Notes: a model not told the origin generated them from the letters alone. Shown: positions 9,032 through 18,635, counted from the first letter of the stretch. The stretch: 64,000 bases of DNA from Phycisphaerales bacterium (GCA_041580235.1 JBFGEG010000004.1:1472-65471), one strand, 5' to 3'. Translations and numbers: made by a program.

Positions 9032-10258
9032 ATGGGGACGCCGCAGGCGAGTCTCAAGCGGGGGCTGTCGCTGCCGCTGGTCACCTTCTATGGCCTCGGC
9101 ACCATTCTCGGCGCCGGCATCTATGCGCTGGTCGGCAAGGTCGCGGATCGCGCGGGCATGCTCACCCCGCTGTCGTTCCTCCTTGCCTTCGGCCTGGCCG
9201 CCTTCACGGCGCTGTCCTACGCCGAGCTGTCCAGCCGCTTCCCGCGGAGCGCGGGCGAGGCCGTCTACGTTCACCGGGCGTTCGCCCGGCGGTGGCTGAC
9301 GCTGGGGGTGGGGATGATGGTCGTGCTGACCGGTGTCGTCTCCTCGGCGGCGATTGCCAACGCCTTTGCCGGCTATCTCGACGTGCTCGTCGCTCTCCCC
9401 GACTGGCTCGTGATCGCGATCCTGATCATCGCGCTGGGGGGGCTTGCCGCGTGGGGCATCAACGAGTCGCTCACGGCGGCGATGGTCATCGCGCTGGTCG
9501 AGATCGGTGGGCTCCTGCTGGTCGTCTGGGCCGCGCGGCACGGGATGACGCAGCTGCCGCAGCGCGCCGCCGAGCTCGTTCCGGCCGATCTGGGCGCGTG
9601 GCAGGGCGTCTGGCTCGGCGCCTTTCTGGCCTTCTACGCGTTTATCGGGTTCGAGGACATGGTCAACGTGGTGGAGGAGATCCGCGACCCCGGCCGGACG
9701 CTACCTCGGGCGATCTTCCTGGCGCTGGGGGCCGCGGCCGTCCTGTACGTGCTGGTCGCCCTGGCCGCGGTGGCGGCCCTGCCCGTCGACGAGCTGGCCG
9801 CGAGCGATGCGCCGCTGGTGGACGTGTACCTGGCCGGGACCGGAACCAACCCCCTCGTCATCACCGTGATCAGCCTGTTCGCCGTGAGCAACGGCGTGCT
9901 GGTGCAGATCATCATGGGGTCGCGGGTCCTGTACGGCCTGAGCGGCGGCGGCTGGCTGCCCGAGATCTTGGGACGCGTCCACCCCGCCACGCGCACACCG
10001 ATCGTCTCCACGGCCCTGGTCACCGGTACCGTGCTGGTCCTGGCCCTGGCGTTCCCGCTGGTGGGCCTGGCGGAGGCCACGACGTTCATCATCCTGATTG
10101 TCTTTGCCCTGGTGAACCTCGCGCTGTGGCTGGTCAAGCGACGCGATCCCCGCCCGGCGGGGGTGCGGGTGTATCCCCGGTGGATCCCCCTGGCGGGGTT
10201 CGTCGTCAGCGCCGGCTTCGCCGCGTACAAGCTCGCGAGCCTCGTCACGCGGTCCTAG
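9032..10258 (+). CDS. APC-superfamily amino acid permease
   Basis: About 12 hydrophobic segments. N-terminus LVTFYGLGTILGAGIYALVGK is typical of APC transporters. Start moved to ATG 9032, because the ORF-track start overlaps the sulfotransferase gene. Confidence 0.85.
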   Translation: MGTPQASLKRGLSLPLVTFYGLGTILGAGIYALVGKVADRAGMLTPLSFLLAFGLAAFTALSYAELSSRFPRSAGEAVYVHRAFARRWLTLGVGMMVVLTGVVSSAAIANAFAGYLDVLVALPDWLVIAILIIALGGLAAWGINESLTAAMVIALVEIGGLLLVVWAARHGMTQLPQRAAELVPADLGAWQGVWLGAFLAFYAFIGFEDMVNVVEEIRDPGRTLPRAIFLALGAAAVLYVLVALAAVAALPVDELAASDAPLVDVYLAGTGTNPLVITVISLFAVSNGVLVQIIMGSRVLYGLSGGGWLPEILGRVHPATRTPIVSTALVTGTVLVLALAFPLVGLAEATTFIILIVFALVNLALWLVKRRDPRPAGVRVYPRWIPLAGFVVSAGFAAYKLASLVTRS

Positions 10259-11478
10259 CTCACCTGCCGCAGCCAGGCGTCGATGCGGCGGCAGCCTTCC
10301 TCGATGAGCTCGTTGGAGCAGGCGAAGCTGAGGCGGACATGGTGGTGGCCGCATTCGCCGAAGTCCTCGCCCGGCACCACGGCCACGTTGGCCTCCTCCA
10401 GCAGCGCCTCCGCAAAGGTCACCGACGAGTCGATCGTGCGACCGCCCGGCGACCGCTTGCCGAAACACGAGCTGATGTCGGGAAAGATGTAGAACGCGCC
10501 GGTGGGCCGCGGGCAGCGCACGCCGGGCATGGCCGTGATCAGGCCGTGGATGAGCGAAGCCCGATCGGCAAAGGCCTGCCGCATGCGCTCCACCTCGGCC
10601 GCGGAGTTGGTCAGCGCCTCGACGATGGCCGCATAGCAGAACGACGTGATGTTGCTGGTCATCTGGCCCTGGAGCTTGGCGATCGACTTGGCGAATCCGC
10701 CAGGGGCGCTCGCGTAGCCGATGCGCCACCCGGTCATGGCATAGGCCTTGCTCATGCCGTTGACGGTGATCACGCGATCGGCCAGGCCGGCCAGCGACCC
10801 CAGCGAGAAGTGCTCGATCCCGCCGTAGATGATCTTCTCGTAGATCTCGTCGGAGATGACGGTGATCCGCTCGTGCGGCTCAACGACGGCGGCCAGCGCC
10901 CGCAGCTCGTCGGGGCTGTACATCGTGCCGCATGGATTGGAGGGGCTGTTGAAGATCACCGCCGCCGTGCGGTCGCTGATCACGGCTTCGAGCTGGGCGG
11001 GGGTGATCTTGAAGTCGCTGTCTACGGGGCCGGGGACCTCGACCACGGTGCCGCCGGCCAGCTCGATCATCGGCCGGTAGCTCACCCACGCCGGCGTGGG
11101 AACGACCACTTCCTCGTCCCCGTCCAGCAGACACTGGAGGACCATGTACAGCGCGTGCTTGCCGCCCACCGTGATCACGATGTCATCGGCCGTGCACTCG
11201 ATGCCGTTTTCGCGGCGCAGCTTGTCGGCGATGGCGGTCCGGGCTCCCGGCTCGCCAGGGACCGGCATGTAGTGCGTCTGGCCCGCCAGCAGCGCATCGA
11301 TCGCGGCCTGGCGGATGTTGTCGGGTGTGCCGAAGTCCGGCTCCCCGGCGCCGAAGCCGATCACGTCGCGGCCTTCGGCCTTCAGTTCGCGCACCCGCGC
11401 GGTGACGGCGAGGGTGGCGGAAGGCTTGAGATTCTGCACGCGCCGCGACAGCCTCATGGGTGGATCGTAGGTCTTCAT
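10255..11478 (-). CDS. class I pyridoxal-phosphate aminotransferase (aspartate aminotransferase-like)
   Basis: PLP-lysine motif NGMSKAYAMTGWRIGY and N-terminal GEPDFGTP. Start placed at ATG 11478 (MKTYDPP...). Its stop shares a CTAG with the convergent permease stop. Confidence 0.9.
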   Translation of the reverse strand: MKTYDPPMRLSRRVQNLKPSATLAVTARVRELKAEGRDVIGFGAGEPDFGTPDNIRQAAIDALLAGQTHYMPVPGEPGARTAIADKLRRENGIECTADDIVITVGGKHALYMVLQCLLDGDEEVVVPTPAWVSYRPMIELAGGTVVEVPGPVDSDFKITPAQLEAVISDRTAAVIFNSPSNPCGTMYSPDELRALAAVVEPHERITVISDEIYEKIIYGGIEHFSLGSLAGLADRVITVNGMSKAYAMTGWRIGYASAPGGFAKSIAKLQGQMTSNITSFCYAAIVEALTNSAAEVERMRQAFADRASLIHGLITAMPGVRCPRPTGAFYIFPDISSCFGKRSPGGRTIDSSVTFAEALLEEANVAVVPGEDFGECGHHHVRLSFACSNELIEEGCRRIDAWLRQVS

Positions 11479-11572
11479 GGCGCAAGCATATCCCGCGTGG
11501 CGATCGGCGCGAATGCCGGGGCGGCGGTTTGGCGTTATCCTCTGGCTGTCCCGAGGGACGAGGAACACGAGC

Positions 11573-12154
11573 ATGACGACCCGGCCGAGAATACTCGCCT
11601 TTTCCGGCAGCCTGCGGCAGGAATCCCTCAACCATCGGCTCGTCAGGGTCGCGGCGGCAGGGGCCGAGGCGGCCGGGGCGGACGTCACGGTGCTGGAGCT
11701 GCGGGAGCTGCCGCTGCCCGTCTACGACGGGGACCTGGAGCAGCGCGAGGGCTTGCCGGAGAACGCGCGAACCCTCAAGGAGATCATGAAGGCGCACGAC
11801 GGGTTTCTCATCGCGTCTCCGGAGAACAACAGCTCCGTGTCGGCGGCACTCAAGAACGCCATTGACTGGGCGTCTCGCCCCGCGGGCGACGAGCCGACGC
11901 TGGTCTGCTTCCGCGACCGGGTCGCGGTGATCATGGCCGCCTCTCCCGGAGCCCTGGGAGGCCTGCGGGGGTTGGTCGCCCTGCGGTCGATCCTGTCGAA
12001 CATCGGCGTGCTGGTGCTGCCCGACCAGAAGGCCGTCGCCGGGGCCCACGAGGCCTTCGCCGAGGACGGCCGTCTCGTGGACGCCAAGCAGCAGGCGGCG
12101 GTCGAGCAGCTTGGGGCGAAACTGGCCGGGGTGATGTCCCGGCTTCAGGGGTGA
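11573..12154 (+). CDS. NADPH-dependent FMN reductase family protein
   Basis: RILAFSGSLRQESLNHRL...LIASPENNSSVSAALKNAIDW pattern. ATG 11573 is preceded by GAGGAA. Confidence 0.85.
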   Translation: MTTRPRILAFSGSLRQESLNHRLVRVAAAGAEAAGADVTVLELRELPLPVYDGDLEQREGLPENARTLKEIMKAHDGFLIASPENNSSVSAALKNAIDWASRPAGDEPTLVCFRDRVAVIMAASPGALGGLRGLVALRSILSNIGVLVLPDQKAVAGAHEAFAEDGRLVDAKQQAAVEQLGAKLAGVMSRLQG

Positions 12155-12158
12155 CTCG

Positions 12159-13028
12159 ATGAAGGGGAACCGAGCGACACGTCATGGGAGGACGGCAGCG
12201 GGCCTGCTGGCGGCGGCGGCCGCCCCCGGCTGCGCGACGGCTCCCTCCAGCCCTCCGCTCGTCGCGCTCACCACGCGGCCGGCGGCTGAGAGCGTCTCGG
12301 CTGCAGTCGCATCCGCCATGCGGATCGAGGCCGCCCACGGCATGCCCGCGTGGCTGGCCCGGCCCGTCTTCGCGACGGAGATCCAGGTCAGCTTCGGCGG
12401 CTCGCCGGTCCTCGACGGGACGATGCTCTACGACCACGCAGGGGGCCGCGTCCGGATGGACTTGACCGACGGCACGGTCCTCGTGTTCGACGGCCGGCGG
12501 GCCTGGGTGTCGCCCCGCGCGGCCGAGATTCAGATGCCGCGTTTTCATCTGCTCACGTGGCCGTATTTCGTCGCCGCCCCGTACAAGCTGCGGGATCCGG
12601 GCTCGGTGCTCACCCCGCACGGCCGGCACCCGCTCGACGGGACCGATCACGTCACCGCCCTGCTCACGTTCGATCCGGGCATCGGCGACACGCCCGACGA
12701 CTGGTACGTCCTCTACGAGGACCCCGAGACCCACCGCCTGGTCGCAATGGCGTACATCGTCACCTATGGCAAGACGCCCCAGGAAGCGGAGCAGGACCCC
12801 CACGCAATCGTGTACCGGGACTTCGAGGATGTTGACGGAGCCGTCATCTCGACCCGCTGGACGTTCCATCACTGGACGATCGAGCAGGGGCCGGACGCCC
12901 CGCTGGACGCAGGGGTGCAGCTGACCAACCCCCGGTTCGAGACACTCGATGAGGCGGTCTTTGCCCGTCCCCCCGACGCCCGCGAAGCTCCTCTGCCTAC
13001 CATCACCCAACCACCCCCTAATCCCTAA
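12159..13028 (+). CDS. hypothetical lipoprotein
   Basis: Signal peptide plus lipobox AAAPGC; coding-like codon usage; no recognisable catalytic motif. Ends in QPPPNP-stop inside a C-rich element. Confidence 0.6.
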   Translation: MKGNRATRHGRTAAGLLAAAAAPGCATAPSSPPLVALTTRPAAESVSAAVASAMRIEAAHGMPAWLARPVFATEIQVSFGGSPVLDGTMLYDHAGGRVRMDLTDGTVLVFDGRRAWVSPRAAEIQMPRFHLLTWPYFVAAPYKLRDPGSVLTPHGRHPLDGTDHVTALLTFDPGIGDTPDDWYVLYEDPETHRLVAMAYIVTYGKTPQEAEQDPHAIVYRDFEDVDGAVISTRWTFHHWTIEQGPDAPLDAGVQLTNPRFETLDEAVFARPPDAREAPLPTITQPPPNP

Positions 13029-13066
13029 CCCCCAACCCCTCTCCATGCATTACGAAACACACCAGC
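12989..13066 (+). other. C-rich, G-depleted junction element (site B) spanning a stop codon and the prfB start
   Basis: I count only 4 G in about 78 nt of a G+C-rich genome. Contains CCCAACCACCC and CCCTAACCCCC. Confidence 0.45.
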
Positions 13067-14170
13067 CGGTGATCGACGATCTCGAGGCGCGGATCACAAC
13101 AATCCGCGACTCTCTTTGACTACGACAACAAGATCACCCGGCGGGAAACGCTCCAGCAGAAGATGAACGAAGCGGACTTCTGGAATGACCGCGCCGCCGC
13201 GCAGCGCGTCATCGGGGAGTACCAGCAGCTCAAGGCCCAGACCGAGGACCTTGCCGAGGTCATTGCGCGGTTCGAGGATGCCAAGGTCGGTTACGAGCTG
13301 GCGCGGGAGGCCGACGACCAGGACCTGCTGGCCGAGACGGATGAACAGCTCTTCGAGCTCAGCGGCCGGATGGACAAGGTGGAGACGCAGTCGCTGCTCT
13401 CCGGCCCGCATGACCATCGCACGTGCTTCGTGGCCATTCAGGCCGGCGACGGCGGCACCGAGGCCAACGACTGGGCCTCGATGCTGGAGCGCATGTATCT
13501 CTACTACTGGGAGAACATGCGCTGGAAGGTCAAGGAGATCAACCGCGTGCCGGGCACGGAGGTCGGCATCAGCGAGGTCGTCTACCACGTCACGGGACCG
13601 TACGCCTACGGCCTGATGTCGTGCGAGCGCGGCACGCATCGACTGGCCCGGGTCAGCCCCTTCAACGCCCAGGGCAAGCGGCAGACGAGCTTCGCCACCG
13701 TCGACGTCATCCCGGAGTTCGAGGAAAGTGACGTCACGATCGACGACAACGACATCGAGCTGACGACGTTCGCCCGCTCGTCCGGGCCGGGCGGCCAGAA
13801 CGTCAACAAGGTGGCCTCGGCCGTGCGGATCGTGCACCACCCGACCGGCATTCAGGTCACGGCGTCGACGTTCCGCGATCAGCTCCAGAACCGTCGCCAG
13901 GCCATGAGCATCCTGACGGCCAAGCTTGCCCAGATCGAGGAGGAGAGGCGTCAGGCGGAGCTCGACGAGGCGACCGGGGGCAAGGTCGATCGCGGCTGGG
14001 GCACCCAGATCAGGAGCTACGTGTTCTACGACAATCGCGCCAAGGACCATCGGACCGGGTTCGAGGTCGGCAACCCGCAGACGGTCCTGGACGGCGCCCT
14101 GGACGGGTTCATCGACGCGGAGCTCAAGCGGCGTCGAGCCGAGCGGGAGAAGTCAGCCGGGGCGGCGTGA
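13045..14170 (+). CDS. prfB: peptide chain release factor 2, requires programmed +1 frameshift at 13117
   Basis: The downstream frame carries the SPF ([14 protein letters not shown]) and GGQ (GPGGQNVN) motifs. A 24-codon upstream frame (ATG 13045, [24 protein letters not shown]) ends at CTT TGA C. Shifting +1 reads GAC TAC GAC..., in frame with ORF 13163..14170. Confidence 0.93.
13114..13120 (+). promoter_or_regulatory. prfB +1 ribosomal frameshift site CTT TGA C
   Basis: Exact match to the canonical RF2 autoregulatory slippery site. No obvious internal Shine-Dalgarno upstream (CGC GAC TCT precedes it). Confidence 0.85.
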
Positions 14171-14754
14171 CGGGAGACGGAGTTCGGGGGGGCGGGGGTC
14201 AAGCGGCTCGAATGAACGCGACGGAAGGGGAGCGAGGGTTGCTGGCCGAGGAGCAACGCGTGTTCGCGGACTGCGTGGAGGACGTCCTGGCGTCGACGCC
14301 CGGACTGCAGTACGCGCGGCTGCTGGGGCCGGCCGAGGTCCAGAGCCGCGATCGCACGGTGTTCGCGCAGTTCCTGGTGGCGACCAGCCCGGCCCACGAC
14401 CTGGTGCTGGCCATCGAGCTCTCGAACCGGTCCTTCATCGTCCGGGTCAACGGGATGTCATTCGTCCGCAAACGGGGATTGGGGACCCGCCTCGAGTGGT
14501 GGGTCGATCGCCGCTGTCGTGACCTGGAGCGTCTGGTCGGTGGTGACCTCAAGCTCGTCCAGCAGAGGCTCCTGACGCTGCCGATGTCGAGCACGCTGCA
14601 GGTTGGCAACGACAAGAAGTGGCACCGTCTGGGCTCGCGAGAGAACGGGTGGCTGGCGGTGCTCACGTTCTTCATCCCCTACGCATTCCTGATGGCCGGC
14701 GAGAAGAGCACCGTCTACACGAACTGGTTCTCCGTTGACGCCGGCTCGCGCTGA
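14167..14754 (+). CDS. hypothetical protein
   Basis: 195-aa ORF. GTG start shares a GTGA overlap with the prfB stop; ATG 14212 is an alternative start. C-terminal hydrophobic segment; no recognisable domain. Confidence 0.45.
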   Translation: MTGDGVRGGGGQAARMNATEGERGLLAEEQRVFADCVEDVLASTPGLQYARLLGPAEVQSRDRTVFAQFLVATSPAHDLVLAIELSNRSFIVRVNGMSFVRKRGLGTRLEWWVDRRCRDLERLVGGDLKLVQQRLLTLPMSSTLQVGNDKKWHRLGSRENGWLAVLTFFIPYAFLMAGEKSTVYTNWFSVDAGSR

Positions 14755-14778
14755 TGATGGGGCTTGACTCGCGGTCGA

Positions 14779-15594
14779 ATGCCGCTGAAAGGCCGCCGGC
14801 CCGATTCGGAACAACTCCCCGGACCGATGCTGCGTCGCATGATTCCAAGCCGCCGGTCACTGGGCCCCTTCGCCGTCGGGGCGGCGTGGTTCTTCATCGT
14901 CGTCAGCCTCCTGCACGTGGTCTGGGCCGCCGTGGTCAAGCTCGGCGACCCCGGCGCCACCTTCAAGACGTACCACACCGTGGTCGGGGGCGTCTCCTAT
15001 GACGCCTGGGGGCTGACCTACTCCGGCATCGTCGGCGTGCTGCTGGTGCTCTTGCAGCTTCTCGTCGTCTCGGGCGCGACGGCAGCCAGCGTGCTGTCCC
15101 GGCCGGGCCTGGTCCGCTGGCGACGTCTCGGCCACGTGGTGCTGATCGGCTGGGCCGCCCTGTGGATGCTCAACCTGGTGCGGCTGGCGGCCATCGACGG
15201 TCAACTCGACTCAATCGCCCAGGCGACCCTGCTGTGCGTGCTCTTCGGGTGCACGGCCTACCGAGCGACCAGGGGCTGGTCGTCCGGGCGTTCACGGAGC
15301 ACCTTCGGCGGACCGGCCGGGGGCGTGGGTGACCCTGCACCAGGAGCGGTACCCGTCCCGCCGCCGCCCCCGGTCCCGCCGGAGGACCCGGAGCCCGACG
15401 TCGGTTCCGCCCGCACCATCGGCCGGCACCTCGGATCGCTGATCGTGGTCGGCGCCGCCGGGATCAGGTCGGTGAAACCGGCAGCGCAGGGTGCCGCCAC
15501 GTCGGCGCGACGCAAGGCCGCCGCCGGGCTCCACCGCGTCGCGGAGTTCACCCGCCGCCAGGCCGACCGCGTGGCGCCCGACACGGGCGAATGA
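14779..15594 (+). CDS. hypothetical integral membrane protein with Pro-rich linker
   Basis: Four hydrophobic helices followed by a PVPPPPPVPPEDPEP tract. Start uncertain: TTG 14764, or ATG 14779/14827/14839. Confidence 0.5.
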   Translation: MPLKGRRPDSEQLPGPMLRRMIPSRRSLGPFAVGAAWFFIVVSLLHVVWAAVVKLGDPGATFKTYHTVVGGVSYDAWGLTYSGIVGVLLVLLQLLVVSGATAASVLSRPGLVRWRRLGHVVLIGWAALWMLNLVRLAAIDGQLDSIAQATLLCVLFGCTAYRATRGWSSGRSRSTFGGPAGGVGDPAPGAVPVPPPPPVPPEDPEPDVGSARTIGRHLGSLIVVGAAGIRSVKPAAQGAATSARRKAAAGLHRVAEFTRRQADRVAPDTGE

Positions 15595-15787
15595 CGACGA
15601 GAGCATCCAGGTCGTGAACGATGATGCAGCGTCTGGCCATGGGGACCGCGTGGTTCTTTGCCGTGAGCACGCTTGGCGCGCCGGTCACGTTCATCGCCCT
15701 CGGCTTGCCGGGTGGCGGCACGACGACGCTCACGTCCACGACGGTCAACGAAGAGACAGACGCGGCGTTTGGTCGCTCAACGACAAC

Positions 15788-15811
15788 GCCCCGGCCTCGA
15801 GAGACCGGGGC
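15788..15811. terminator. possible bidirectional hairpin between convergent genes
   Basis: GCCCCGG-N10-CCGGGGC, a 7-bp GC stem. No clear T tract. Confidence 0.3.
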
Positions 15812-15837
15812 TCACTGGTGCGCAAGACGGAGCGCGT

Positions 15838-18375
15838 CTATTCGGGGCACGGACCCCAGTTGCCCAGCACGATGAGGAAGTCGTTGATGCCGACGACCCC
15901 GTCGCCGTCGAGGTCCGCCGGATGGCCGGGATTGTCACCCCAGGCGCCGAGCACCGCCAGGAAGTCGTTGATCCCGACGCTGCCGTCGCCGTTGGTGTCG
16001 CCCGGGCACGCGGGCCCGACGGGCGCCAGCAGGATCGTCGCCTCCTCCATGATCTCGGGCGGGCACTTGCCGTTGTCGTTCCAGAGGTCGTACATGAACT
16101 GGCCCCTGGAATCCGTGGTGTTCTCGTCCCGCAGGAACTCGATGAACTCCTTGCTCGTGCTCTGGTAGTAGAGGGTCACCTCCGCCGACGTGGCGCCGGC
16201 GGGAATCAGGTACGCCGTCGTATCCCAGTACTGGCCGTCGGCGTAGCTGTGGTCGACGGGGGCACCGCCGAAGGCCTCGTACGCGGCGTTGGTGAAGCCA
16301 CGCGGGGGGATGCGGTTGTCCTTGAAGACCTTGTTGTTGAGCACGAAGTGAAAGGTCGGCCCGGGAGCCACGCCGAGCAGCGGCGCGATCGTCTCGTCCA
16401 CGCCGGGTTTGACCTCGTAGATCTTGACCTCGGCATCGTGGGTGAGCACGCCGGTGGCCGGGTCATAGGCTCCGGACTCCGACAGCAGGTTGGAGTCGGC
16501 GTCGAAGAACTGCACGTTGATCCATATCCGCCGCCCCTCCGGGTAGCCCGTCGGCAGCTTGTGGCCCGTGTTGTTGGTCACCGTCACGAGCAGGTCGATG
16601 CCGTCCTGATCCAACGTCATGTCGGCGGCATGGTCGAGCATGTACAGGGCCCGCGTGATGCCGGCGTTGATCGCGGCGGCATCGGTCTGGTCCGGGTAGA
16701 GCGTCGCGAGCAACCCCGGCAGCCAGGTGCTGCCGCCGGTCATGTCGTGCAGCGGCAGATCGGGGCGAACCGGGGGATCGCCGAAGTTGCAGCCCTGGCC
16801 CGTGACGTCCTGCATGTGGCAGTCCTGGCATGTCGAGACGAAGTCCAGGTTGCCGCCGAAGGCCTCGGAGAAGACGCCCTGGGGCGTGTTGTACTCGCTG
16901 TAGAACCACTCGCTGTAGGTCCGCTCCACCGGCAGCAGGGTGTGGGCCGAGAAGCTTCCCGCCATCTCGTCGAACGTGTTGGGCACGAAGTTGCCCTGCC
17001 CGTCCGTCTCGAAGGCGGGGTTGCTCACGTCGTGGCACGTGCCGCACAGGGCCGCCTCCCGGTGAAACGGCGAGACGAGTACCGGGTGTCCGCCGTCGGC
17101 ATCTGAGAACGGCCCGCGGCGCGCCCCGGTCGGATCGATCACGTACATGCCGTTGCCGATGTCGGTGGGCGGCATGGAGAGCGCGGCCAGGATGGTCTGG
17201 TCCTCCGGCGGGTTCACGCCCGGCTCGTAGAACGGGTCGACCAGCCGGTGGCAGAAGTCGCACGCGACGCCGCTGAAGTCCTCCGGCAGCGCCGCGCTGC
17301 CGTCGGTGGGCACCGAGCGGCCGTCGAGCCAGGCCCGCGGCAGGTGACAGCGCAGGCACAGGTCGCCGGAGTCGGGCGCGTCCTGGTTGGCGATGACCAT
17401 GTTGGCCTCGAAGATCGGATCGATCGAGGCCTGGGCCATCATGCTGCCCTGCCAGTTGAAGTACGGCTCAACGGCCGTGTCGTAGCCGCCGTGGCACACC
17501 TGGCACGCCTCCGGCGGGTTCAGGATGCCCGCCTCGAACGGCTGGCTGCCCGGCTGATCGAAGTCGCGCAGCGTCGTCGGCGCGATGCCGCCGGGCGGCG
17601 ACTGGATCGTGAAGACCCCGTCACTGCCGTCCTCGGCCGTGTTGAACGCGTTGTCCGTGGCCACGACGAGAAAGACCGCCTGGGTGGTCGGGCGGTTGGC
17701 GGGGAACCATGTGTGGCTGCCGCTGTTGGACACGCCCAGTCCCACCGGCTTGAAGGTCGCGCCGCCGTCGAGTGACAGATACAGGTCGATGGCCGCGATG
17801 CCGCTGTCGTCGCTGGCGGTCCAGGTGACCGTCGTGGAGGCGTTGGCGGTGAGCACCTCGCCCCCGTTCGGCGTGAACAGCTCGACAAACGGCGGCGTGA
17901 GGTCGGCGCCGGTGCTGGGCACCAGCGAGTTCTGGATCTCCGTGGTGTCCACGTCGCTCACGTTGCCGAGGTTGGCGGGGGTGAGCCCGGGAAACGTCGG
18001 CGTGTTGGAGAACGTGACGACGTCGGTCACCTCGATAAAGGTGCTGAAGCCGTCGCCGTCGGGGTCCTGCGTCTCGATGGACAGGACGGCCTGACGCCGG
18101 CCGTTGGGGTTGTTCGGGAAGCTCTCCAGCGCGCCCTCCAGCAGGACGCCGTAGGGGTTGCGTTGTCCGCCTCCGCCGAACGAGTAGTGGCACACCCCGC
18201 AGTGCTGCGGGTGGCTGGCCACGGACTCGATGGTGGTCCCGATCGCGTCGGGGTACACCTCGAAGAAGGCGGAGCGGATGCTGTTTCTCGCCTGTGCCGT
18301 CTGGGGCAGGGCCACGAGGCCCGCGGCGAGCATGCCGAGCGAAGCAAGACAGGTGACTGGTGCATGCCGTGACAT
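15838..18375 (-). CDS. secreted multiheme c-type cytochrome (6 CXXCH) with C-terminal dockerin-like repeats
   Basis: Heme motifs CGVCH, CQVCH, CLRCH, CDFCH, CGTCH, CQDCH. Signal peptide MSRHAPVTCLASLGMLAAGLVALPQTAQA. Tail GDTNGDGSVGINDFLAVLGAWG...DLDGDGVVGINDFLIVLGNWGPCPE. Start ATG 18375 is preceded by AAGGAGGAA. Confidence 0.85.
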   Translation of the reverse strand: MSRHAPVTCLASLGMLAAGLVALPQTAQARNSIRSAFFEVYPDAIGTTIESVASHPQHCGVCHYSFGGGGQRNPYGVLLEGALESFPNNPNGRRQAVLSIETQDPDGDGFSTFIEVTDVVTFSNTPTFPGLTPANLGNVSDVDTTEIQNSLVPSTGADLTPPFVELFTPNGGEVLTANASTTVTWTASDDSGIAAIDLYLSLDGGATFKPVGLGVSNSGSHTWFPANRPTTQAVFLVVATDNAFNTAEDGSDGVFTIQSPPGGIAPTTLRDFDQPGSQPFEAGILNPPEACQVCHGGYDTAVEPYFNWQGSMMAQASIDPIFEANMVIANQDAPDSGDLCLRCHLPRAWLDGRSVPTDGSAALPEDFSGVACDFCHRLVDPFYEPGVNPPEDQTILAALSMPPTDIGNGMYVIDPTGARRGPFSDADGGHPVLVSPFHREAALCGTCHDVSNPAFETDGQGNFVPNTFDEMAGSFSAHTLLPVERTYSEWFYSEYNTPQGVFSEAFGGNLDFVSTCQDCHMQDVTGQGCNFGDPPVRPDLPLHDMTGGSTWLPGLLATLYPDQTDAAAINAGITRALYMLDHAADMTLDQDGIDLLVTVTNNTGHKLPTGYPEGRRIWINVQFFDADSNLLSESGAYDPATGVLTHDAEVKIYEVKPGVDETIAPLLGVAPGPTFHFVLNNKVFKDNRIPPRGFTNAAYEAFGGAPVDHSYADGQYWDTTAYLIPAGATSAEVTLYYQSTSKEFIEFLRDENTTDSRGQFMYDLWNDNGKCPPEIMEEATILLAPVGPACPGDTNGDGSVGINDFLAVLGAWGDNPGHPADLDGDGVVGINDFLIVLGNWGPCPE

Positions 18376-18635
18376 GACTGTTCCTCCTTGAACGGAGGCA
18401 GCCGTCGTCCGCGGCAATGGAGCGTTCTCCAGGACAGGCGAGCTGCCGCCCGTTCAGCACGATCGCGTCGCCGCGCGACACTCGCGGCGGCCGGCGCTTC
18501 CACGGGATTATGCCGTCGCTGTCGCCGCGCGGATATCAGGAGATGGCCCCGATTCCGCTGCCGCGAGAATGAGTCGGAATCCCGATTGACAGAATGGCAA
18601 GCGAGTCGTGCGACCTTTCTTCAGCATCACGTTCA

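Noticed and set aside
10255-10258. Shared palindromic CTAG forming the stop codons of two convergent genes (permease TAG, aminotransferase TAG)
   Set aside because: It is real, but it is a trivial consequence of a 4-nt convergent overlap and there is no evidence of function.
9292-11865. 857-aa plus-strand ORF spanning the permease, aminotransferase and FMN-reductase region
   Set aside because: It is an out-of-frame or antisense shadow across three motif-supported genes, with Arg/Gly/Pro-rich composition and no domain signatures.
15621-15875. 84-aa plus-strand ORF with a signal-peptide-like N-terminus between the convergent membrane-protein and cytochrome genes
   Set aside because: It has no convincing RBS. 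The second half loses coding-like codon bias and overlaps the cytochrome 3' end, and it crosses a hairpin. A short (~45-aa) membrane peptide remains possible but cannot be supported from sequence alone.
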